Shown: piece after piece, positions 57,136 to 64,000 of the stretch | How the letters are laid out: the number at the start of each line of letters is the position of its first letter | How positions within the stretch are numbered: the first letter of the stretch is position 1 | Source: an uncultured Spirochaetota bacterium | GTDB lineage: Bacteria; Spirochaetota; Spirochaetia; SZUA-6; Fen-1364 | DNA length: 64,000 nt | Assembly: GCA_963781885.1 (NCBI GenBank) | Contig: CAWAHW010000002.1 | Coordinates: forward strand, 1,248,001 to 1,312,000 | Direction of reading: 5' to 3' | Notes under the pieces: model-generated | What the model saw: only the letters and a program-made list of their open reading frames with translations | Told to the model about the DNA's origin: nothing | The model's database searches: none | Program-made: the position numbers and the translations under genes

Positions 57136-60100
57136 GAAGTCGCAACCCGTTTCGGCTGACGATCGCCTGCGCGCTCTTTCTCGCCTCCACGGCCGCCCTG
57201 GGGGCACAGACCATCTATTTCGATTTTCCCACCGTCTTTGTGCCGCAGAATGTGCGCTCCTCCAGCTCCGCGGCCGGCACGTCCCTCATGGCGCTCGCCT
57301 GGCAGGAGATCAAGCCGAAATCGGCCGCCGACGTGACCTCAGGCGACATCTACCTGTCGATCGCCGTTTCCCGCGACGGGATTGCATGGAAGAGCCATGA
57401 ACGATTCTTCGGGCCGATCCCCTATACGGGCGTCGCGGCGGGCAACCAGCCGACCGTCTATTCCATGGTGGTCGATGCAAAGGACCGCATCCTGGTGGCG
57501 GTGAGCGCCACCGACCGGGAGACCCTGATCCTGCAATCCACGGACGCGGGGGCGAGCTTTCAGCAGGTGCAGCGGGTCACGGCAAAAGCCTCCACCGTCG
57601 CACCCGCCCTTTTCGTCACGAAAGACTCCGGCTTCATGCTGCTGATCTCCCAGGGGACCGCGGACGCGGCGGCAAGCTCGTCCCAGTCAAATGGTGAAAC
57701 CGCGGTGGGCTCCGCGTCCCTGGAGTGGAGCTCGTCGCGTGACGGGCGCGCGTGGACCGAGCTTGCACCCTTCGTCTCGCCGGCAGACAAGCTCTCTGCC
57801 ACGCAGCTCCAGCCTGCGCACGCCGTGTTCCAGGGCCGCAACTACGTCGTCTTCGAGTCCCTGACCGCGCGCACCGAGGCGACAACCACCTGGCAGCTCT
57901 ACGTGAAGTCGAGCTCCGACAACGGAGCAACGTGGGGCGCTGCCGTACCGATCACGACGCAGCAGGGGTTGTTCGGAAAAGACGCGCTGAGCTTCAACAA
58001 CGAAAGGCCGCGCGTGGAGTCCATCGGGTCGCAGATGGCACTGGTATGGGAACGGGCAGGCTACGGCAGCAACAGGCCCCAGATCTGGACGCTCTTGCTG
58101 GACGCCAATGGCGCGCCGGTGGGCAGCCCGGAAATCGTTGCGCCCGCAACGCCCAGCAGGTTTGCCCGGGTGCTCATGCTCCGGGGTCAGGAGCGCATCA
58201 TCTTTGCCGACAGCTCCAAGGGGACTTCCCGCATCGCACTCGCGCAGAAGGAGGGCAAGAGCTGGTCGACGCAGCCGCTCAACAACACGGACGTCGTCGA
58301 TGCAATCTTCCCCCATGCCCTTGTGATGCGCGACCTGCTCTACATCTTCTGGGAGAACCAGGCCCAGTCGCAGAATGCGTCGGCCCTCATCCAGCTCCGG
58401 CCCCTCACCGCCGTGGGCGCCCCGGTCGTGAAGCCCGTGGATTTCGTGCCCGGGCAGCCTACGAACAGGGATACCATCACGGTGAGCTGGACCGAGCCGC
58501 AGCCGCCCGACCCGTCGGGCATCAAGGAATACCGCACGACCTGGAGCTACGGTGACGGCCGCACGGCCGTGGAGAAGGAGCGCCAGACCGTCTCGGCGCT
58601 CACTACCGTGGGCAAGCCGCTTTTCTCCACGCGCAAAGTGGACAAGGACGGCACCTGGATTTTTTCCATCGTGGCGGTCGACCTTGCGGGCAACGTGTCG
58701 CAGGCGCCGGCCACCGTCTCGTTCGTCCGGGATGCCACGCCTCCCCGGCCCGTAAGCTTCGAGGCGCGTGCGGGCGATGGATCCATCCTCCTGAGCGCCC
58801 CGGCAGAGCCGCCGGACAAGCGCGACCAGAACGCGTATGAGATCGGCGCAAACACCTTCACCCTGCGATGGATGCCCGCGGCGGGCGACACCGACATCGA
58901 CGGCTACACCTACAACCTGCAGCCGGGATGGAGCACGCTGGACGAGTACAAACAGTCGCAGGTCCCGCTCCTGAGCCCCCCCACCCGCAAGGTCACGCAG
59001 GCGACGGACCTGCCATTCAACAATCGGGATGATGGGGTCTACGTGCTCACCGTGCAGGCAATCGACAGGGCGGGCAATTTCAGCCCCCCCTCCACGGTGG
59101 CGGTGGCCCTGAGTCACTACCAGGTTGTCACGCGCGTGGATCTTGTCACGGCAGTGCGGGACGCGGTGCTGGGAACGGTGACGCTCACGATCAACGGCCG
59201 TGGCTTCACCGAGAACGGACCCATCCGCAAGATCTACCTGGATCGCGGCCATGCAAAGCCGCCATTCGACATGGACTTCGATCCGGTGACGCCGATCCGC
59301 GTCTCTGACCGGCAGATCACCGGCATCATGCTCGATCAGAACAGGGACTCCGGCTCGTATCGCGTGGGTTTGCTGCAAGACAGGCCAACCGGGCAGCAGG
59401 TGCTCTATTTCACGCCCGGCGCCGTCATCGATTTTGCCTCGCCGGGGACCGTGAAGATCGGCAACTTCCAGGTGCCGCTCCCGCGATGGTTCCTCGGGCC
59501 GTCCCCGACCGTCGTCCTGTCCTTCGATTCGCTTCTCGTCGTGCTCGTCGTGGCCTTGCTCGGCGTCCTCGCGTTTCTCGCCATCCGCAAGATCGCGGCC
59601 CTCGCGCAGGAGGGGGCGGCGGTGAGGACAGAGGTCCTTGCCCTCCTGGAGGGCAGGCCGAATGCGCGCTGGGAAGAAAGGAAAAAGCAGATGCAGGCTC
59701 TCAAGCGCAGAGGCATCGGTCTCCGATTGAAGTTCACCCTCCTCATGGTGATCCTCGTTTTCATCATCGTCCTCGGCGTGTCGATCCCGCTCGGCGTCCA
59801 GATGGTGAACACGCAGAGAAGGTCTCTCGCCGCCGACGTGCAGAGCAAGGCGAACATCCTCCTCGGAGCTCTGGCGACGAGCGCGGAGACGCAGTTCCGT
59901 GCGCAGGACCAGGGTTTTTTTGCCGCCGCGGACATCCCCGCCCTGAGCGCGACGATGCCGCAGGCCGAATACACCACCATCACCGGTCCGGACGTGAACT
60001 TCCGGCCCACCGACCCCAAGGACTTCGTCTGGGCGAGCAACCAGAAGAAGTTCGCCGACGAGCTCGCATCCGGGTCATTCGGCATCGCGCGCGAGCAGGT

Positions 60101-61931
60101 GAACGATGACCTTGCCCGAAAGATCGTGCCCGATCTCCAGAAGAAGATCGACGCGGACCTTGCGGCGAACCTGTCTCCGGCCATCGACGAGTACCGCGCC
60201 CTGCGGGGCCAGCGTGACGCGCTCACGGGAAAGACCGACCAGGCATCCAAGGACAAGCTTGCGGCGCTCACGACGCAGCTTGCGGCCAAGAGCAAGGAGA
60301 TCGACGCGCAGGCGCGGGCCGCGTATGAGAAGGCCGGGACGCTGGAAGCGTGGAACCCGGGCGCACGGCTGCGCGCGACGTATCTCTTCTACATGCCCGT
60401 CGTCTATTACAACCGCGCCGCCAATATCGCCGACACGACCTTCTACCAGGGAATGGTGCGTCTCCAGGTCAACACGTCCACGATCAACACGCAGATCGAT
60501 GATGCACGAAATGCCATTCTGCGGACCGCGGGGCTCATCGCCCTCCTGGCCATCGTCCTGGGCGTCCTGGGAGCGATCATTCTGGCGAACATCACCGTCA
60601 CACCCATCCGGCGGCTTGCGCGGGGAGTCGCGGTGATCCGCGACACCGAAGACAAGGAAGAGCTGAAGGACCATTCCATCGAAGTCGGCACGCGCGACGA
60701 GATCGGGCTGCTTGCCGACACGGTGAACGAGATGACCCGGGGCCTCGTGAAGGCTGCGGCGGCGAACAAGGAGCTGCTGCTGGGCAAGGATATCCAGAAG
60801 ATGTTCCTCCCCCTGGAAAAGGACGCGAACAACAGGGTCGGCACCACGGCGGGCGAGGAGTCCGATTCCGTGGAGATCTACGGTTACTACGAAGGGGCGA
60901 AGGGGGTCTCGGGGGACTACTTCGACTTCAAGAAGCTCGACAAGACGCATTACGCCATGATTAAGTGCGACGTCGCGGGCAAGGGCGTCCCCGCCGCCCT
61001 CATCATGGTGGAGGTGGCGACGCTCTTCATCAGCTATTTCCGTGACTGGCTGAAGAGGCAGGACAACATCACAAAGCTCGCCGACCCGATCGCCAAGAAG
61101 CGCGCGCTCGTCGAGGCGGACCGCATCGACCCCCTGGTCTACACGATCAACGACATGCTGGAAGAGCGCGGTTTCAAGGGAAGATTCGCCGCGCTCACGG
61201 TCTGCATCTTCAACTCCGTCACGGGAGTGGCGAATGTCTGCAACGCCGGGGACAACATCATGCACGTCTTTGATGCCGGAAAGCACAAGATGACCCAGGT
61301 GCGGCTCCCCGACGCCCCCGCGGCAGGGGTCTTTCCCTCGATGCTCGTGGAGATGAAGTCGGGATTCCAGCAGGTCCAGCACAGGCTGGCAAAAGGAGAC
61401 GCGCTGTTCCTCTTCACGGACGGTTTCGAAGAGGCAAAGCGCTCGTTCCGAAACGGGGGTGGCGAGATCATTGCCTGCGACGCGCCCGAGGTGAAGGACG
61501 GCGAGCCGCACGGGAATACGCACACGAAGGGCCAGACATCGGAGGAGTTCGGCATCGGCCGCATCGAGGCCATCGTCGCCGCGGTATTCGCCCGTGAGCG
61601 TTATCAGCTCGTGCGTCATCACCTGCCCGCGGCGGAGGCGCTCGATTTCGATTTCTCCAGCTGCGGCGGAACCGTCAAGGACGCCGTGCTGGCTCTCGTC
61701 TCGGTGGAGAAGGTTTTCCGCCTGATACCGGACGCAACCCTCGGCGCCGGCAACAAGATCGTCGTCGATGGGAAGGTCGATGTATTCCTCAAGGCGCATT
61801 TCGCGCAGTACGCGTCGTACTTTGCGCATCGCGTGGAAGGGCCCTCCGACGCGGCGGCGGTCACCTTCTCTCATTTGAAGGAAGACGAGCAATACGACGA
61901 TCTCACCATCCTCGTTCTGAAAAAGAAGTAA
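57132..61931 (+). CDS. Membrane sensor: Asp-box propeller, Ig/FN3-like domains, 3 TM, HAMP, SpoIIE/PP2C phosphatase
   Basis: Asp boxes SRDGIAW, STDAGASF, SRDGRAW, SSDNGATW; HAMP TRDEIGLLADTVNEM; PP2C motifs VSGDYFD, DVAGKGVPAA, FTDGFEE, DDLTILV. Confidence 0.9.
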   Translation: MRSRNPFRLTIACALFLASTAALGAQTIYFDFPTVFVPQNVRSSSSAAGTSLMALAWQEIKPKSAADVTSGDIYLSIAVSRDGIAWKSHERFFGPIPYTGVAAGNQPTVYSMVVDAKDRILVAVSATDRETLILQSTDAGASFQQVQRVTAKASTVAPALFVTKDSGFMLLISQGTADAAASSSQSNGETAVGSASLEWSSSRDGRAWTELAPFVSPADKLSATQLQPAHAVFQGRNYVVFESLTARTEATTTWQLYVKSSSDNGATWGAAVPITTQQGLFGKDALSFNNERPRVESIGSQMALVWERAGYGSNRPQIWTLLLDANGAPVGSPEIVAPATPSRFARVLMLRGQERIIFADSSKGTSRIALAQKEGKSWSTQPLNNTDVVDAIFPHALVMRDLLYIFWENQAQSQNASALIQLRPLTAVGAPVVKPVDFVPGQPTNRDTITVSWTEPQPPDPSGIKEYRTTWSYGDGRTAVEKERQTVSALTTVGKPLFSTRKVDKDGTWIFSIVAVDLAGNVSQAPATVSFVRDATPPRPVSFEARAGDGSILLSAPAEPPDKRDQNAYEIGANTFTLRWMPAAGDTDIDGYTYNLQPGWSTLDEYKQSQVPLLSPPTRKVTQATDLPFNNRDDGVYVLTVQAIDRAGNFSPPSTVAVALSHYQVVTRVDLVTAVRDAVLGTVTLTINGRGFTENGPIRKIYLDRGHAKPPFDMDFDPVTPIRVSDRQITGIMLDQNRDSGSYRVGLLQDRPTGQQVLYFTPGAVIDFASPGTVKIGNFQVPLPRWFLGPSPTVVLSFDSLLVVLVVALLGVLAFLAIRKIAALAQEGAAVRTEVLALLEGRPNARWEERKKQMQALKRRGIGLRLKFTLLMVILVFIIVLGVSIPLGVQMVNTQRRSLAADVQSKANILLGALATSAETQFRAQDQGFFAAADIPALSATMPQAEYTTITGPDVNFRPTDPKDFVWASNQKKFADELASGSFGIAREQVNDDLARKIVPDLQKKIDADLAANLSPAIDEYRALRGQRDALTGKTDQASKDKLAALTTQLAAKSKEIDAQARAAYEKAGTLEAWNPGARLRATYLFYMPVVYYNRAANIADTTFYQGMVRLQVNTSTINTQIDDARNAILRTAGLIALLAIVLGVLGAIILANITVTPIRRLARGVAVIRDTEDKEELKDHSIEVGTRDEIGLLADTVNEMTRGLVKAAAANKELLLGKDIQKMFLPLEKDANNRVGTTAGEESDSVEIYGYYEGAKGVSGDYFDFKKLDKTHYAMIKCDVAGKGVPAALIMVEVATLFISYFRDWLKRQDNITKLADPIAKKRALVEADRIDPLVYTINDMLEERGFKGRFAALTVCIFNSVTGVANVCNAGDNIMHVFDAGKHKMTQVRLPDAPAAGVFPSMLVEMKSGFQQVQHRLAKGDALFLFTDGFEEAKRSFRNGGGEIIACDAPEVKDGEPHGNTHTKGQTSEEFGIGRIEAIVAAVFARERYQLVRHHLPAAEALDFDFSSCGGTVKDAVLALVSVEKVFRLIPDATLGAGNKIVVDGKVDVFLKAHFAQYASYFAHRVEGPSDAAAVTFSHLKEDEQYDDLTILVLKKK

Positions 61932-61961
61932 ATTGCCGATAGGGGAGTGGGCGGGAGAGAC

Positions 61962-63140
61962 ATGAAACGACACATACTTGCAGCGACGTTCGCCGTTCTT
62001 TTCTGCGCGGCGGCATTCGGCCAGGCGGGCACGGTTTCCCTTCAGAACCAGGAGGACGCGACATTCTACTATGTCGTCGACCCGCCGGATCTCGGAAACC
62101 TCACGGCGGACAGTCCGCTCCTGGAATCGAAGGTTGCGGACTTTTTTGCAGCCGACGGTGACACATCAGGCTTCATGGCGCTTGCGCCCCAGGCTGAGGC
62201 GTCGCTCGACAATCTCACGCCAGGGACCCACCTCCTGGTGGGCTTTTTCGCTCAGCAGGACCAGGACCAGTTTCCTGTCCGCGTGCTTTCCTTGCAGGTG
62301 GACGGCTCAACGGGCGAGCGCTTCTACGCGCTTTTCGCAGACTCGCCGCAGCTCACCGTTCCGCGGGGGGTCGGTCGCCTGACGGCCTTTGCGTCGGGAG
62401 GAGCGCAAGGAGGCACAACCGCCGCTGCTGCACCTGCCGGAGCCGCCTCTTCTGCCCCGGCGGACACGGCAGCCGCCACTTCCGCGGCCGCGTCTTCCGC
62501 AGCAGGGTCCGTCCCCGCACAGGGCGCGGTTGCCGCATCGGCTCCCGCAACGACTTCCGCATCGGCGACGCCTGCCGCCGCACCGGCGGGTGAGTCTCCG
62601 CTGCCGGCCATCGCATCGTTTGCGGCCAGTTATGCTCCAGATTATTTCACTCGGGAACAGAAAGAAGGGGCATTCGATGTTCTTCCCATCGCCCAGTCGC
62701 GGGCGTGGTCTCTTACCGGCACGGAGGTCACACAGCTTTCCGGCGCGCTGGACGCAAAGGCGCTACGGCTTTTGCTCACCGTTCCGGCCGGCTTTTCCGA
62801 GAACGTCTCCTATTTCTTCTACGTCTTCCCCACGCGGGAGGCCGGCAAGGAGAATGCCCTCACACTGGAGATACAGCCGCGCGCAAACGGCAATCGAGGC
62901 GCATGCCTGCTCTGGGAAAAGGGCGTCGATACACCAAAACTGATCGGCATGGTGAGCACGGGACAAGACAGTGTGGAGCTCGATATCGGGGCTGACCAGT
63001 TCGCATCGGCCATCCTCGCAAAGGCAGGGGACTCCGCGACCATCGACTTCACCGCGGGCTGGTTCGACAGGGCCCTGGGGACGTGGGAAGAGTTCTACTA
63101 CGGGACTTTTCCAGTCGCGGCCATTCCCGCTAGAGGTTGA
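61962..63140 (+). CDS. Exported hypothetical protein, two domains joined by an Ala/Ser-rich linker
   Basis: Signal peptide ending AAFG; GGAG RBS. Confidence 0.75.
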   Translation: MKRHILAATFAVLFCAAAFGQAGTVSLQNQEDATFYYVVDPPDLGNLTADSPLLESKVADFFAADGDTSGFMALAPQAEASLDNLTPGTHLLVGFFAQQDQDQFPVRVLSLQVDGSTGERFYALFADSPQLTVPRGVGRLTAFASGGAQGGTTAAAAPAGAASSAPADTAAATSAAASSAAGSVPAQGAVAASAPATTSASATPAAAPAGESPLPAIASFAASYAPDYFTREQKEGAFDVLPIAQSRAWSLTGTEVTQLSGALDAKALRLLLTVPAGFSENVSYFFYVFPTREAGKENALTLEIQPRANGNRGACLLWEKGVDTPKLIGMVSTGQDSVELDIGADQFASAILAKAGDSATIDFTAGWFDRALGTWEEFYYGTFPVAAIPARG

Positions 63141-64000
63141 AACGGATCAGGAGCACGTCGCCGTCCTTGACCGGGTAATCCTTTCCCTCCAGCCGCAGCT
63201 TGTTTGCCTTTTTTGCGCCGGCGAAGTCTCCGGCGTCGAGCACGTCCTGCCAGCCGGCAACCTCGGCGCGGATGAATCCTTTTGCGAGGTCTGAATGGAT
63301 CTCGGCGGCAGCGCCCACCGCGGTGGTGCCGCTCCTGATGCTCCATGCCTTGCACTCGTCCTCGCCGACGGTGAAGAAGCTGACGAGGTGCAGCGTGGCG
63401 TAGACGTGGCGGAGGAAACGATTCCGCGCCGGCTCGTCCAGCCCCAGATCTTGTAGAAACGCCTTCTGGTCGGCGGCGGGAAGCTGGGCGATCTCCATTT
63501 CCATGTCGCCGCGCATCTCGAACACGTCGATGCCGGCGGCCTTTGCCTCGGTCACCATGTCGTCATACGCACTGGATTTTTCACCGGTGTTCAGCACGAC
63601 AAAGAAGGGCTTTGCGGTGAGGAAGCCGAATCCCGCGAACAGCTTCTGATCTTCCGGCGGTATGAAGCCGGCCCCCAGAGGCGTCCCGGCGCCCAGCTTC
63701 TCCACGATGGACTGGAGAATCTTGTATTCCCGGCTGTCGCGCTTGGCCTCCTTGTCGAGCCTCGTCAGGCGTTTTTCAGCGACTTCGTAATCGCCGAAAA
63801 CCAGCGAGTCCATCACCTTGCGCAGCTCGCGCAGGGGCGTGGCGTCCTTGAAGGCGGGAAGCACGGAGTCGTTCTGGAACGCGCGGATCACGACCGTCAC
63901 CGCATCGGCGCGGCGCACGTCCGCAAGGCTCGCGGGGGTGATGCCGCCGTCGTCGCCGTGCTCCAGGGGAAGATCCTTGAATACCACCGACGCATGCGTG
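63130..64000 (-). CDS. ychF: YchF family ATPase (5' end outside the window)
   Basis: GFLTAKP, FFTVGEDECKAW, AAEIHSDLAKGFIRAEV, RLEGKDYPVKDGD..IRFN. Confidence 0.93.
   Translation of the reverse strand, partial: THASVVFKDLPLEHGDDGGITPASLADVRRADAVTVVIRAFQNDSVLPAFKDATPLRELRKVMDSLVFGDYEVAEKRLTRLDKEAKRDSREYKILQSIVEKLGAGTPLGAGFIPPEDQKLFAGFGFLTAKPFFVVLNTGEKSSAYDDMVTEAKAAGIDVFEMRGDMEMEIAQLPAADQKAFLQDLGLDEPARNRFLRHVYATLHLVSFFTVGEDECKAWSIRSGTTAVGAAAEIHSDLAKGFIRAEVAGWQDVLDAGDFAGAKKANKLRLEGKDYPVKDGDVLLIRFNL

Noticed and set aside
1573-61973. Long antisense and alternate-frame ORFs (e.g. 1573-4335, 20097-21761, 32126-34375, 45054-47096, 60075-61973)
   Set aside because: Shadow ORFs expected from high GC3 codon usage opposite well-supported genes; no recognisable motifs.

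Overview
GC-rich bacterial chromosome segment, almost certainly from a spirochete (Spirochaetia). This rests on the flagellin type, the UPF0164/FadL-like protein and the gene orders ffh-rpsP-KH-rimM-trmD-rplS and mltG-dnaG-rpoD-Zn ribbon-rnpB-TPR-mreBCD-mrdA-rodA. Most of it is core genome: about 57 CDS, 3 tRNAs (Gly, Thr, Tyr; none encodes CCA) and RNase P RNA. The unusual items are: (1) an 18-unit, 25-bp-period hairpin array upstream of ffh, built from two stem alleles related by a compensatory base-pair swap, with a second inverted copy of the same hairpin and period 18 kb away; (2) a Rex repressor fused to a NuoE/HydC-like [2Fe-2S] domain; (3) a divergent cluster of a FadL-like barrel, a TPR scaffold and an Asp-box/HAMP/PP2C sensor that could be a trans-envelope signalling system; (4) a single protein with a barrel-like domain, 8 FlgD/CHU_C-like Ig repeats and an OmpA domain; (5) an integrase-like gene start next to the 3' end of tRNA-Gly; (6) several apparently leaderless genes. 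Three genes carry +1 frameshifts in short homopolymers, probably sequencing errors. All calls come from motif recognition by eye; no database searches were run.
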